Program-made: the position numbers and the translations under genes
The notes under the pieces: generated by a model
Database searches by the model: none
What the model saw: the letters and a program-made list of their open reading frames with translations, nothing else
What the model was told of the DNA's origin: nothing
Shown: positions 11,309 to 25,100 of the stretch, piece by piece
Numbering within the stretch: position 1 is the stretch's first letter
Layout of the letters: each line of letters opens with the position of its first letter
NCBI RefSeq assembly: GCF_004010195.1
Contig: NC_057719.1
Coordinates: 54,337,926 to 54,393,570 of the forward strand
Source of the DNA: Chiloscyllium plagiosum
Lineage: Eukaryota
Direction: 5' to 3'
Length of the DNA stretch: 55,645 nucleotides

Positions 11309-13190
11309 TGGGGGTGGGTGGAAGGGGAGCTGCAGATAAAGGGTGTTGGGAGGAGCCTTGTGGTGAAGTGGGGATAGATGAAGACTAGTAGAGGGTGCGG
11401 CCTGGTTAGTCAATGGGAAGATAGAATCTGGTAGGTGGAAGAGAGGAGTGGAAGAGAGGGGGAGGGGCTAGGAAGAGAGTTTGGGGATGGAAAGGGACAT
11501 TATTTGAAATTGGAGAACTCGGTGTTGAATCTTCTGGGCTGTAGCCTGCCCAGGCAGAAGATGAGGTGTTGTTCCCTCCAGTTTGCGGTTGGGCTTGTTG
11601 TGACAATGGAGGAGGCCAAGGATGATCATCTTGGAAAGGGAGTAGGGAGGGGAATTAAAATGGGTGGTGACTAGGAGATCCAGTTGGCCCATGCAGGCCC
11701 AGCTAAGATGCTCGATGAACCATTCCTGAAGTTTACATTCGGTCTCCCCGATAGAGCTGACCACATCAGGAGCACCTGATACGGTAAACTAAGTTGGAGG
11801 AGAAACAGGTGAACCTCTGTCTCATGTGGAAAGATTGTTTGGGCCCGGGATGGAGGTGAGAGGGGTGCTGTACTGGCAAGTTTTGCATTTTTTCTGGTTG
11901 GAGGGGAAGGTACCTGGATGTTGCTTGGTCTGGAGAATGGTTCAAAGAAAGGACTGGCAAAGGGAATGGTCTCTGTGGAAGGCAGAGAGGGATGGAGAGG
12001 GGAAGATGTTCTTGTGGTATGGTCCAGTTGGAATTGGCGGAAGTGTTTAAGAATGATGCATTGGCTGTGGATACTGGTGGGTGATATGAGAGGACAAGGG
12101 GGACTCTGTCTATATTGCGTTTGGAAGAAGAGACGGGTTTAGATCAGTGGAATGGGGAATGGAGGTTGTGCAGCGGACGGCTGTCTGGATGACAGAGGAA
12201 GGAAAAGCACATTGTTCAAAATAGGTGGACATCTGGGATGGTTTGGAATGGAATGTCTCCTTGTCTGAGCAGATGCAATGGCGGCGGAGGATTTGGGAGA
12301 ATGGGATGGAGTTCTTGCAGGATACTGATTGGAAGGAGGTGTAATCCAGGTAGTTATGGGAGTCTGTGGGTTTGCAGTAAATGTCCATCTGGAGACTGTC
12401 AACAGAGATGGAAATGGAGAGGTCGAGAAAGTGAAGAGAGGTGTCCAAGATGGACCAAGTGAATTTGAAGGCGGGGTGGAAGTTGTGGGTAAAGGTGATG
12501 AACTGCTGCAGTTCAGCCTGGGTGCAGGAGGCTGCAGTGATGCAGTCATCGATGTAATGGTGGAATAGTTGGGGTACAGTGCCTGTGTAGGTACTGAAGA
12601 GGGACTATTCGACGTGGCCGACAAAGCGGCAGGTGTAGCTGGGGCCCATCCAGGTACCAATGGCCACCCCCTGGAATTAGAGGAAATGGGAGGAGTTAAA
12701 GGAAAAGTTATTAAAGGTAAGGGCTGGTTTGACAAGGTGGAGGAGGGTATTGGCAGAGGGGGACTGGATAGGTCTGTTGGAGAGGAAGAAGCTGAGGGCC
12801 TGGAGGCCATCCTTCTGGGGTATGGATGTGTATAAGCACTGGGGCCGCCGAACTAAAAGTTACTGAAGGGATGGAGGGTGTGGTTGGTGTTGCGGATGTA
12901 GTTGGGAAGTGCCTGAACCAAGGGGGAGATATGGAGTCGAAATAGGACCGGATGAGTTTGGTGGGGCTGGAGCATGCTGAGATGATAGGTCGGCCGGGGT
13001 AGTTGGGCTTGGGTCTTGGGGATCAGGTAGAACCGGGCAGTGCAGAGTGGGAGATTATGAGTTTGGAGGCAGTGGAGGGGAGATCACCAGAGGCAATGAG
13101 GGCATGGACAGTGCGAGGGATTTTGGCCTGATGAGTCGCAGTGGAGTTATGGGCAAGGGGGAGGTAGGATGTGGTATTTGGCCTCTGCGA

Positions 13191-13545
13191 CATGGAATCA
13201 TAGAACCTCTACAGTGTGAAAACAGGCCATTTGGCCCAACAAGTCCACACCGAACCTCAGAAGAGTATCCCACCCAAACCAAAACCCCCACCCCTTTACT
13301 CTACACCTACCCCTGTTTAATGCACCTAACCTACACATCCCTGAACACTATGGGCAATTAAGCATGGCCAATTCACCTAACTTGCACATCTTTGGACTGT
13401 GGCAATAATTCAGAGCACCCAGAAGAAATCCACGCAGACACAAGGAGAACATGCAAACTCCATGCAGTGATCTGAGGCTGGAATCGAATCCGGGTCCCTG
13501 GAGCTGTGAGTCAACAGTACTTACCACTGAGCCACCATGCCGCCC
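13191..13545 (-). mobile_element. HE1-like V-SINE nested in the PLE
   Basis: gggcggcatggtggctcagtgg head, V domain, CR1-type tail. Confidence 0.9.
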
Positions 13546-15178
13546 TCTTCTCCAGATTACCACTGCCCAGCTTTTATCAGCGGATTTGATGGTGAACCAG
13601 AGGTTGGTGCAGAGGGAGTGGAGTGCTGCACATTCGGACGGAGTGAGGCTAGTGTGAGCGAGGGGATTGGAGAAATTGAGGCGGCCAATGTCACATCGAT
13701 AGTCTGCAATGAAAAGGTCTAAGGGAGGTACAAGGCCGGTGGGTGACCTCGAGGAGGAAGAAGTTTGGAGGCGGGGCAAAAGGTACGAACATGAGCCCTT
13801 TCCTGAGGACGGATCATCTGGCCTCAGTGCTTGAGGTTGAGGGGGATAGTGAATATGTGGCAAGGCTCAGGGGTGGGGATTGGGGATCCTGAAGTGACTC
13901 ATGGAGAAAGGTTGGGGTAAGGGTGGTGGCATGAGATGTGGTTGGGGGGAATGGGTGTGGAAGTGAAAGGAGATTGGGAGGGGGTGGGGTTGGGATGTGA
14001 GAAGGGTTGCAGGGGGGATGGGATGAAGAGGGAGAGGTGGAGGGATAAGGTGCCTTTTGGGGGTGGATGGGCGAGGAGGGAGAGGTGAGTGCTGGGCTGT
14101 CTGCAGGTCAGCTTTAGTGTTCACTTGGTCCATCTCAAATACTTCCCTCCCCTTTCTTGACCTTTCCATTTCCATCTCTGGTGACAATCTGCAAATCGAT
14201 GTTTACTATAAACTCACAGACTCCCATAACTACCTGGACTACACCTTCTCCCAATTCCTCCGCCTCCAGGGCATCAGCTCGGATCATGAGGCATTCCACT
14301 CCCAAGCATCCCAGATGGCCACCTTTTCCTCCTTCTGTCATCCAGACAACCCTCCACCGCACCACCTCTATTCTCCGCTCCACTGCTCTAAACCCCATCC
14401 CCTCCAAATGCAATAAAGACAGAGTCCCCTGGTCCTCCCCTACAATCCCACCAGTCTCCGCATCCAATGCATCATTCTTAAATATTTCCGCCAACTCCAA
14501 CTAGAACCCACCACCAAGGTCATTTTCCCCTCCCCACTTCTATGTGCCTTCCATAAGAACTGTTCCCTTTGCCAATCCTTGGTTCATGCCACTCTCCCCA
14601 CCAACCCCCCTGAACTCCCAAGTACTTTCCCCTGCAACTGGAAAGATGTAAAACCTACCAGCACATCCCCCAACTTCCCCCCCCACCCCCTCCCTCAGCT
14701 CCATTCAGGACCCTAAATAGTCCTTCCAGGTGAGACAAAGGTTCACCTTCCTCTCGATGTGGTTTTCTCTATATTGGGGAGACCGTACATAAACTTGGGA
14801 ACATTTCACCGAGCATCTCAACCGGGCCCACAGGGCCTGACCAGACCTCCCAGTCACCGCCCATTTTAATTCTTCTTCCCACTCCCTTTCCAACATGACC
14901 ATCCTTGGCTTCCTCCATTACCAAACCGAAAACTGGAGGAACAACACCTCATCTTCAACCTGAGCAGCCTTTTGCCCAGAGGACTCACCATTGAGTTCTC
15001 CAATTTCAAATAACCTCCCTTCCCATCCTCTGACTCCCTTCCCAGCCCCACCCCTCCCTCCCGTCCCTCCCAGCCACCTACCAGATTCATTCCTCCATTG
15101 ACTAACCAGGTCATACCTCTACCTGTCTTCACCTATTCCCACCCTGCCCCAGCCACCCCCTTTATCTGCAGCTCCCCT

Positions 15179-15295
15179 AGGGCTTTTGCCCGAGACGTCG
15201 ATTTCGCTGCTCGTTGGATGCTGCCTGAACTGCTGTGCTCTTCCAGCACCACTGATCCAGAATCTGGTTTCCAGCATCTGCAGTCATTGTTTTTA
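15179..15295 (+). mobile_element. pLTR mini-insertion (family 1) nested in the 3' end of the family-2 PLE arm
   Basis: Starts at hammerhead stem II (agggcttttgcccgagacgtcg); flanked by cccct on both sides. Confidence 0.8.
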
Positions 15296-15313
15296 CCCCT
15301 TACACATACCCTT

Positions 15314-15345
15314 GTCCTGAAGAAGGGTTAACCTGAAACGTCGAC
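15314..15345 (+). ncRNA. Minimal hammerhead motif (pLTR family 2)
   Basis: GUC-CUGAAGA-a-GGGU-ua-ACCU-GAAA-C-GUC-GAC. Confidence 0.7.
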
Positions 15346-16194
15346 TTCTCCACCTCCTGATGCTGCCTGGCTTGTTGTGTTCTTCCAGCCTTCTACTGTC
15401 TATTATGGTCTATTATTTGCTTAGCTAACATGACAAAGAGAGAAATAGGACAATGTTCAAGATTTTTTGAGGCTATAATTCTTAAATTTACATTCTTGGA
15501 CAGTGAATGACCTGCCAATGATAATACAAATTAAAACACAACGAATGATATCACTGAATCAGTGGAGGCATGAGTACTTCAAATGCCCAATAGTGGGGCC
15601 TCAAATTTAAAAAAAAATTATTCTGCTCCCTTCCACCACTAAATTAAAAATGCAGGAACATACTCCTCCTGCAAGCTGGCACACTGATGTTTCTCCATTC
15701 ACACTGTAACCATTTTAAGATTCTGTGTTTTATGATTCGAAGAAGCAATTGCTGATGGATTAGTCAGCACACCCCTGTTGATGGAGCCTGCTGCAAAAGT
15801 GAAGCTGATGATCAGCTCTGTGACCATGAATAGGATAAACTCTGCATTAATATTGATAACTACTTGAATCTTGAAATGTTAGAACCTCAAGTTAGTGCAG
15901 ACTTTCCAAAACTACTGAACCACAAGACCCAAATAAACATTTCTCATTATAAGCATGCCTGCACCATTTTCCAATGGGAAACATATTGAATGTGATTCCA
16001 TCCAATTTCTAGGCATCAAAGGGTAACCACAATCATGTATTTAGCAGAACGTGTTTCTAAACATGACTTACATATGTTTGACGCACCATCAATCCGTTGC
16101 AGTCATGTGGTGCAGGTTTTATTTTATTCTGATGATTGCCTGAAATGTGTGTAGATTACTTAGCAATTTTCTATTGAAGATCCTGAGCCCAGAG

Positions 16195-16493
16195 ATCATA
16201 GAATCATGGACTTACCCACAGTGTGGAAGAGGCCATTGACACATCAAGTCTACACTGACCCTCTGAACAGCATCCCACCCAGACCTTGTAACCCAGCATT
16301 TCCCTTGTCTACTCCACCTACCCTGCACATCCCAGGACACTATGGGACAATTTAGCATGGCCAATCCACTAACCTGCACATTTTTGGACTGTGGGAGGAA
16401 ACTTCACACAGACATTAGATCTAAGATGGAATTGAACCCAGGTCCCTGGCACTGTGAGGCAACAATGCTAACCACTGAACCACCATGCCGCCC
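16195..16493 (-). mobile_element. HE1-like V-SINE with internal deletion
   Basis: gggcggcatggtggttcagtggttagc head; part of the V domain missing; atcatagaatcat tail. Confidence 0.85.
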
Positions 16494-17009
16494 TAAATCA
16501 TTTGCTAAATCCATTTCAACTAAACACAGTTGCACATCTAATGTTTCTGGCTTTCCAGTTGACCAATGAGATCCTAAATGCTCAAAAAAGACCTCTGAAC
16601 AAACCTGCAAGCACATTTTGTAATTTTTTTTAATATCAAACATAGGTATGTTCTTAATATTTCCATGTTACTACCACAGGCCACTATCAGCCCTTGCATA
16701 TCACATGTCATGCTTGCCTTACCCCTCCTTCCTTGAACTTAGCTGAATTGCAATGGATAGCTTTGAAGATTTATTCCCATATAGAATGGATGTGAAATTT
16801 GGAGTGACTGTAGGCATCTCTCTCTAGACCGCAATGTTCGTGGACCATTGAATGTGAAATATAGAATTCTAGAGATGAGGTTAAAAGTATTGATCTGCAA
16901 AGACTAAGGCTGAAATCTTACAGAGCCAACAGAGGTCTTGTTACTGACTAGAAAGACGACAAATCCCAAATCACCTTTTGGAAGGACCTGCTGCATCTTG
17001 TTCTACTCA

Positions 17010-17290
17010 GGTACCTGACAACCAATGACCTTGATCACCTGGAAGGACAAGGGAAAAATATGCATGGGAATGCCACTTGCAAATTCCCTTCCAAGGCACA
17101 TATTATCCTGGTTTGAAACTCACCATTGTTCCTTCATTGTTGCTGGACCAAAATCTTTGAAGTTCCTTCAGAAAAGCACTGTGGGTGCCTCTACACCGCA
17201 TGACCTACAATGGTTCAAGGCGTCATCTCAATACAACCTGCTCAAGAACAAATATTGGACTAGACAGTGATCTTGAAATTTCATTCATTG
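17010..17290 (+). mobile_element. 3' end of a LINE of the same family as 41818-45010, decayed
   Basis: 17015-17080 aligns with 44945-45010; encodes HDLQWFKASSQYNLLK-like ORF end followed by a tail resembling SINE family A. Confidence 0.65.
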
Positions 17291-19178
17291 GTTTTGTACC
17301 AAACATATAAACTACATGGCTAAAAGCTAGCCCTTGCCATCAAGTATCCATTCTCTGATTTGTTGTGATGGCACAAATGCAGTTGACCCTGTGTACTGTA
17401 GCAGAATGATGGTCACATGACTGGTGTAGAATCATAGGCATTAACCTGCATGTTCTGCAGCATGACTAGCTGGACTTGAGTAGAATTCCTTTGTGTTGGA
17501 GTACATTATAGAGTTCAAAGGCAGTGACAGCAGAGTGATGCGAATGTAGCAAGAGCAAACGTGCAATCTTGTTATACCAGACACTCCCTCTACCTGTTTC
17601 TGCCCCATTCTCTCACTCGTTTACTAACCTGATTCATAATCTTAGTGCCAGGATTACTGTACAGTTCCACCCAATCATTGTGAATAAATCAAACATGACT
17701 GGAACTCTGCTTTGCAGAACATAGCAGTGGGAAGCAAGGATGTTTCTCCTCAATTTAATTGCAGAGTAGTGGTCTACACTTTGGAACCAATAATCTCAGT
17801 TGTTCCTAATCTGCCCCTATTTGAGCATTTTCCAGGCATGGCTAACACCAGAAATAGGATCCCTGGGTGATTTAATATTTGTTACATTATGACTGAAGCT
17901 TGAAATACATCTGTTACCCATGCTACACTGGAGATCAACCCAAGAAGCCACTCATCTGACTGAAGCATGATGCCAGGCATTTACTAAAGGGATTTTTAAA
18001 GTGTTAAATGTCAAATGAGTAATCCATTTGTCATGGTAGCTCCTGAGCTGCTGAGACCAAACAAATACCATGACAAGGAAACTAACTTGTGAATGATGAA
18101 TAATCTTGGCTGCTGGGTTAGATATGTACAAGTGCAGAAAGCTTGCAGACTCTGGTTCACATCATTTTCTGCCCGGGGCTATACCCATGGCTAGCAACAG
18201 GTGCAATTTAACAATAATTGTTAAAATAAATGAGGCAAACTTTTCCTATTTTCAGTCAAAGCGTTGTTGGTGGCTGGGAATTATGCCGTCTGCCGTGGCC
18301 TAAAGTGACTTTTCTTATGCAATTTTCCAGAGATCACCTCATTGATTGTATTACTGTTGGACATATTTGTCACAGAATTGCATGGCTGAGGAAACACAAG
18401 TGTTCCCCACTGGTGAGACCTTCAGACCTACAGGCCTCTGGCTCCATATTTAAAACCCATCTGCACACCAGGTTAGACACAGCAAACATGGAATAACCCC
18501 TCACATTGTGATGCATCACTGTTATGACTGAAGATATATCCCAGAAGAAAGAGAGTCACACTCACTACTTCATTGACAGGGAATTGGAAGTGTTGGCTCT
18601 TTGGCTTGGTTTTTCTTTAGGGGTGGGGGTAGGGAGGGGTGGTCTAGGGGAAGGCAGTTGTATCTTCAATCTGAGTCAGACTGAGGGTTTTGTAAATGTC
18701 TCATGGGCTGTGTTTGGAGGGGGTAGTCCTTGTCTCTCAGCAGCTATCCAATAATGTCTAAGGACCAAGGTAGGAGGCAGGAACTTGAGGTTCTCTCGTA
18801 CGCAAGAGCCATGGTAGATCTCAGGATATCTGGGGAAGTCCTCCAGAATTTGTCAGCGGAAATTGAGAAACAAATTTGTAAGGAGACCTCAGGTTGGTTA
18901 TGTTAGGGGATTTTAACTTTCCAAACAGAGGCTTGGACTGCCATGGAGTCAAGGGCTTGAACGGAGAGGAATTTGTTAATTGTATACAAGAAAAGTTTCT
19001 GGTACGGTATGTGGTTGTACCTACTGAAGAAGGTGCAAAACTTGACCTATTCTTGGGAAATAAGGCAGGGCAGGTGACTAAGGTGTCAGTGGGGGAGCAC
19101 TTTGGGGCCAGCGACCAGAATTCTATTAGTTTTAAAATAAAACATAGAACATAGAACAATACAGTGCAGAACAGGCCC

Positions 19179-20727
19179 TTCGGCCCTCAATGTTGTGCTG
19201 ACTTGTGAACTATTCTCAGCTCGTCCCCCAACACGATCCCAAAATCATCCATGTGCTTATCTAAGGATTGTTTAAATCTCCCTAATGTGGCTGAATTCAC
19301 TACATTAGCAGGTAGGGCATTCCACGCCCCATTACCACTCTCTGCGTAAAGAACCTGCCTCTGACATCTGTCTTAAATCTATCACCCCTCAATTTGTAGT
19401 TATGGCCTCAGCATCCTAGGAAAAAGCCTTTCACTGCCTACCCTATCTAATCCTCTGATCATCTTGCATGTTTCTATCAAATCCCCCCTTAGCCTTCTTC
19501 TTTCCAATGAGAACAGACACAAGTCTCTCAACCTTTCCTCATAAGGCCTTCCTTCCAGACCAGGCAACATCCTGGTAAATCTCCTCTGCTCCCTTTCCAA
19601 TGCTTCCACATCCTTCCTGTAATGGGGCGACAAGAACTGTATACAATATTCCAAGTGTGGCCGCACCAGTGTTTTGTACAGTTGCAGCATGATATTGTGG
19701 TTCCGGAACTCAATCCCTCTACCAGTGAAACCTAACACATCGTATGCCTCCTTAACAGCACTATCAACCTGGGTGGCAACTTTCAGGGATCTATGCACAT
19801 GGATTCCAAGATCCCTCTGCACATTGTGGCACACTACTAGTAACTGGACTCCAGACTGAATATTTTCCATCAACCACCACTCGCTGCTATCTTTCAGAAA
19901 GCCAGTTTCCAATCTAAACTGCTAAATCACCCTCAATTCCATGCCTCTGCATTTTCTCCATGTGGAACCTTATCAAAGGCTTTACTGAAGTCCATGTATA
20001 CCATGTCAACTGCCCTACCCTCATCTACATGCTTGTTCACCTTCTCAAAAAACTCAATGAAGTTTTTGAGACACGACCTGCCCTTGACGAAATCATGTTG
20101 ACTATCTGAAATCAAATTGTTGCTTGCTAGATGATTATAAATCTTATCTCTTATAATCCTTTCCAAAATCTTACCTACAACAGAAGTAGGGCTTATGCCC
20201 GAAACGTCGATTCTCCTGTTCCTTGGATGCTGCCTGACCTGCTGCGCTTTTCCAGCAACACATTTTCAGCTCTGATCTCCAGCATCTGCAGTCCTCACTT
20301 TCTGCTACAACAGAAGTAAGGCTCACTGGTCTATAATTACCTGGGTCATCTCTGTGACCCTTCTTGAACAAGAGCACAACATTTGCAATCCTCCAGTCCT
20401 CAGATACTGAACCTGTAGACAATGACGACTCAAATATCAAAACCAAAGGCTCTGCTATCACCTCCCTAGCTTCCCAGAGAATCCTTGGATAAATCCCATC
20501 TGGACCAGGGGACTTGTCTACTTTCACTCATTCTAGAATTAATAACACCTGTGCGTAACTAACCTCGATCCTTTCTAGTCTAATATCTTGTACCTCATTC
20601 TTCTCCTGTACAATATTCTCCTTTTTCTGAGTGAACACCAATGAGAAATGTTCATTTAACACCTCTCCAATCTCTACAGGGTCCACACTCAACTTCCCAC
20701 TTCTGTCTTTAACTGGCCCTATCCCTA
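19179..20727 (-). mobile_element. Nested CR1, 5'-truncated, RT core internally deleted
   Basis: KSPGPDGIYPRIL, NYRPVSLTS, MDFSKAFDKVPH, LYKTLVRPHLEYC; (catagaa)n tail at 19183-19197; same subfamily as 54998-55645. Confidence 0.9.
20189..20304 (+). mobile_element. 116-bp pLTR mini-insertion with 14-bp TSD
   Basis: ctacaacagaagta at 20175-20188 and 20305-20318; insert begins at hammerhead stem II (gggcttatgcccgaaacgtcg). Confidence 0.92.
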
Positions 20728-23629
20728 CTGATGGAAAAGGATAGATCGGATCTAAACATTAAAATTCTAAATTGGAGGAAGGCCGATTTTGACAGTATTA
20801 GGCAAGAACTTTCAAAAGCTGATTTGGGGCAGATTTGCACAGGTAAAGGAACGGTTGGAAAATAGGAAGCCTTCAAAATGAGATAAGAAGAGCCCAGAGA
20901 CAGTATGTTCCTACTAGGGTGAAAGGAAAGGCTGGTAGGTACAGGGAATGCTAGATGACCAGAGAAATTGAGGTTTTGGTCAAGTAAAAGGAGAAAGCAT
21001 ATGTCAGATATTGACAGTAGACATCAAGTGAATCATCAGAATAGTATAGAGGTGATAGGTGTACCCTTTTGAGGGAAGTCATGAGAGCAAAAAGGGGACA
21101 TGAGATAGCTTTGGCAAATAGGGTTAAGGAGAATCCAAAGGGATTTTATAATACAGTAAAGACAAAAGTATAACTAGGGAGAGTATAGGGCCCCTCAAAG
21201 ATCAGCAAGGAAGCCTTTGTGGGGAACTGCAGGAGATGGAGGAGATACTAAACAAGTATTTTGCATCAGTGTTTATCGTGGAGAAGGAGATGGAAGGTAG
21301 AGAACATGGGGAAACAAATAGTGACATCTTGAAAAACGTCCACATTACAGATAAGGAGGTGCTGCATGGCTTAACATGCATAAAGTGGATAAATCCCCAG
21401 GACCTGAATAATTCTGTGGGAAGCTAGGGAAGTGGATTGCTGGGCCTCTTGCTAAGATAATTGTAACATTGATAACCACAGGTGCCATTATTTAATAAAG
21501 ATGGTAAGGAAAAGCCAGGGAACTATAGACTGGTGATCTAGACATCAGTGGTGGGCAAGTTGTTGAAGGGAATCTTGAGGGATAGGATTTACATGGATTT
21601 GGAAAAACAAGACCTGATTAGGGATAGTCAACGTGGCTTTACGCATGGGAAATCCTGTCTCACTAATGTGATTGAATTTTTTGAAAAAGTGATAAAGGAG
21701 ATTGATGAAGGCAGAATGGTGATCATTTTCTTTATGGACTTTAGTAAGGCATTTGACAAGGTTCTGCATGGTAAATTGGCTAACAAAGTTAAATCACATG
21801 GAATACAGGGAGAACTAGCCATTTGGATACAGAGCTGGCTCAAAAGGTAGAAGACGGAGGGTGGTGGTGGATGGTTACTTTTCAGACTGGAGGCCTGTGA
21901 CTAGAGGTGTGCCAGGTTGGTGCTGGGTCCACTTTTCGTCATTTATATAAACGATTTGGAATATAGGAGGAATGGTTAATAAGTTTGCAGATGAGACCAA
22001 AATTGGAGGAGTAGTAGACAGCGAATAACGTTATCTCGGATTAAAATGGGATCTTGATGAAATGGGCCAATGGGCTGAGAAATGGCAGTTGGAGTTTAAT
22101 TTTGATAAATGCGAGATGCTGCATTTTGGGAAAGCAAAGCTTAGCAGGATATACACACTTAATGGTAAGGTCCTAGGGAGTGTTGCTGAACAAAGAAATC
22201 TTGGAATGCAGGTTCATAGTTCTTTGAAAGTGGAGATGCAGGTAGGTAGGATAGTGAAGAAGGTGTTTTTTAATGCTTGCCTTTATCTGTCAGAGTATTG
22301 AGTACAGGAGTTGGGAGGTCACGTTGTGGCTGTACAGGACATTGGTTAGGGCACTTTGGTATATTGCGTGCAATTTTGGTCTCCTTGCTACAGGCAGTAT
22401 GTTGTGAAATTTGAAAGGGCTCAGAAAAGATTTACAAGGATGTTGCCAGGGTTGGAGGGTCTGAACTGTAAGGAGCAGCTGAATAGGCTGGGGCTGTTTT
22501 CCCTGGAGCGTGAGAACTGATGCATGACCTTAGACAGGTTTATAAAATCATGAAGGACATAGATAGGAGAAATAGACATGGTCTTTTCCCCTGGGTGGGA
22601 GAGTTCAAAACTAGAGGACATAGGTTTAAAGTTAAGGTGGGAAAGATTTAGTAAGAGACCTAAGTAACAACTTTTCCATGCAAAGGGTGATACGTGTATG
22701 GAACAAGCTGCAAGAGTAAGTGGTGGATGCTGGTACAATAACAACATTTAAAAGGCATCTGGATGGGTATATGACTAGGAAGGATTTAGTGGGATATGGT
22801 TCAAATGCTGGAAAATGGGACTCGATTAATTCAAGATATCTGTTCGGCATGGACAAGTTGGACCAAATAGCTGTACAACTCTATGATTCTGTATAATTTG
22901 GGCATTCATAGAGTAGACATATTTTCAATTGAAAAACTCTACAGGTTGGTGAGATCTGCTGTGAAAGCCATGTGAGTAGTGCCCTGCAACTGGTGAAAGC
23001 AAGCAAATGTGAAGAATCCTGTTGCCTGAGCTACTTAACACTGGTGATCATGGACCAAGATTATGAACAACTTTGATCTGAAGAAAATGGCATCAGTAAC
23101 ATCACAGATGCATTTCTGGATGAAGGATTGGGAGATGCCATACTGATCTTCTGTTGCTCCTTGAAATAATTTGCTGGTGTAAGGAAGTCAGAGTAATCCT
23201 GATCTTGACAGCCAGAGGGTTGGGTTTGCCACTCATTCTTTCCAAGCAAATATCCTGCTCCAACAGATGATACAGTTCAGGGACAATGGAGTGGGATATC
23301 CTTAACCAGAACCCACACTGTCTTACAGAGAGTTGACAAAAATGACAGTGAGGCCTTTAGAAATGAGGTTTCATTATTCTCTGACTAGTTGATTTATCTT
23401 CCAGAGTAACCTGCCTATGGATCAGGGAGGTGCTATGATATAGTGATATATGCACAGCTGTTAAAGTCCTATGATATATTAGTTATGAGACATAACATAG
23501 CAAGTAGCGCCAATGCCTCCGTGCTTTGGGGTAACTTTAAGGGTATCCACGTACATTTTCCTTTGGTTGCTGTTGAGTGTTGGCACTGGATAAGGAAACT
23601 TGCTTATTTGGGAGAAGAGATCTTGCTAA

Positions 23630-24420
23630 GTTCTACACAGACCATGATGCCATTGTAAACTATTCCCATCTGCCTTCACATTGTCCACATTCTTGTATTC
23701 CTTGCCTGTCCATGCATCTGTCTGAATGCCTCTTAAATGTTGCCACTATACCTTCTACCATCTCCCCTGGCATTACATTCCAGGCACCTACCCTCTCTGT
23801 GTAAAAGAAATTGCCACATTCATCTCCTTCAAATTTACAGCCTCTCACTCAAAGCTATGCTTCCTAGTATTTGACATTTCTACCCTGGGAAAAAGTTGGA
23901 CTATCCACCCTATCCATGCCTTTCATCATTTTATCTACTTCTATCAGGTCAGCCCTCAGCCTCTGATGCTCCAGCAAAAACAATCCAAGATGTTCCAATC
24001 TCTCCTTGTAGCTAATGCTCTCCAAACCAGGCAACATCCTGGTAAATCCCTTCTGCTCCCTCTCCAAAACCTCTACATTCTTCCTTTAAATGAAAACCAT
24101 ATGCCAATGTTCCCCTAATTTAAGTTTTATATAGCTGCAAAATGACTTGCTAACATTTATACCCAATGTCCTAACAGATGAAGGCAAGCTTGCTGTACTC
24201 CTCGTTTACCACCTTATCCACATGTGCTGCCCCTTTCAGGAGTTATGGACTTGCATCCCAAGATCCCCCCATATATCAATGCTCCTAAGGGTCCTGCCAT
24301 TTATTTATACTTTCCTCTTGCATTTGACCTAGCAAAAAGCATCATCTCACACTTGTCTGGATTAAACTCTATCTGCCATTTCTCAACCCAGCTTTCTAAC
24401 TGGTCTATATAATGTTGTAT
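23630..24420 (-). mobile_element. CR1 3' fragment
   Basis: FTRMLPGLESISYKERLEHLGLF, NFFYTERVGAWNVMP. Confidence 0.85.
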
Positions 24421-24559
24421 CCTTGTTAACATCGTTATCTAATTAAACAGTCAGTGAGCTATTCTAGAAGAAGGAAAAAGATACAAGTCAAGGACAGATA
24501 GCCTTTAATCCATCTAAATGATCTTGTTGTTGCAGATTTATCATTCTGTAAAGTCTGTG

Positions 24560-25100
24560 AATATGATTATTCCAAGGTTGGTGGGAATCCTGTTCCCAGC
24601 AATGGAGCTTTACCAGCACCTGGAACACATCAGGACACCTAGGCCCATCCATTAGAGTGGTTCTTCAGGAGCAGGGCTTTGATACTGGTAGATGGATCTT
24701 CATGGAGTACATTTGCATTGGATGGAGATGCTCCAATTTGATCTCAGGATTTGATGTCAGCAGAGCTGGTGGAGATGAATGGAAGACAGTCCATGATTCA
24801 TTGCAGTAGAGGAGGTTGGTGAACCCTGCAGCATTAAAGACAAGGATCTCTGCTAACTTCCAGAAACCCTGTTGCAGCTTGAAAAAGTTAATGCTCACAC
24901 AATTGACTCAATGTTAGTCTACAAGTCCTACATGATCTCCAAAGACTCCCATTGACATTGATGGTACAGGGCATGCTCAGATTGCCTGGAGAAAGTTGGT
25001 GTAGGACTTTCATCTTGGCAATAGTTAAGGATAGGCCAAACACCACACAGAAGATGCTGTAAAAATTAAGCATCCTTTGCATGCCCTGAACCTGGTGCAT
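24560..25100 (-). mobile_element. RTE-clade LINE fragment, highly decayed
   Basis: FGLSLTIAKMKVLHQLSPG...TINVNG and LLYCNESWTVF resemble the RTE motifs FGLTI...KT.VL.QP and LLYG.E.WT.Y. Confidence 0.65.

Larger units (their letters stand above)
11183..15415. mobile_element. Neptune-like Penelope element with inverted arms (minus arm ~11183-14105, plus arm ~14110-15400), decayed
   Basis: Minus arm encodes LFHHYIDDCITA (~12535-12570), FLDLSISI..DIYCKPTDSHNYLDY and VYRIRCS. Plus arm repeats the RT C-terminus, endonuclease and pLTR. Flanked by tttgcttag (11174-11182, 15416-15424). Confidence 0.85.
18840..22895 (+). mobile_element. CR1 (HER1-like) LINE, 5'-truncated ORF2, interrupted at ~19179-20727
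   Basis: APE motifs MLGDFNFP and GASDQN; RT motifs GFTHGKSCLTN, MDFSKAFDKV; 3' tail ctctatgattct. Confidence 0.9.

Noticed and set aside
12139..12810. 223-aa Ser/Pro-rich ORF and overlapping ORFs
   Set aside because: Alternative frames of the C-rich PLE RT region; not independent genes.
18331..18411. Possible exon between ttttccag and gtgaga
   Set aside because: Peptide unrecognisable; such site pairs occur by chance.
22945..22971. 27-nt micro-exon between tacag and gtgagt
   Set aside because: Poor polypyrimidine tract and no supporting gene context.
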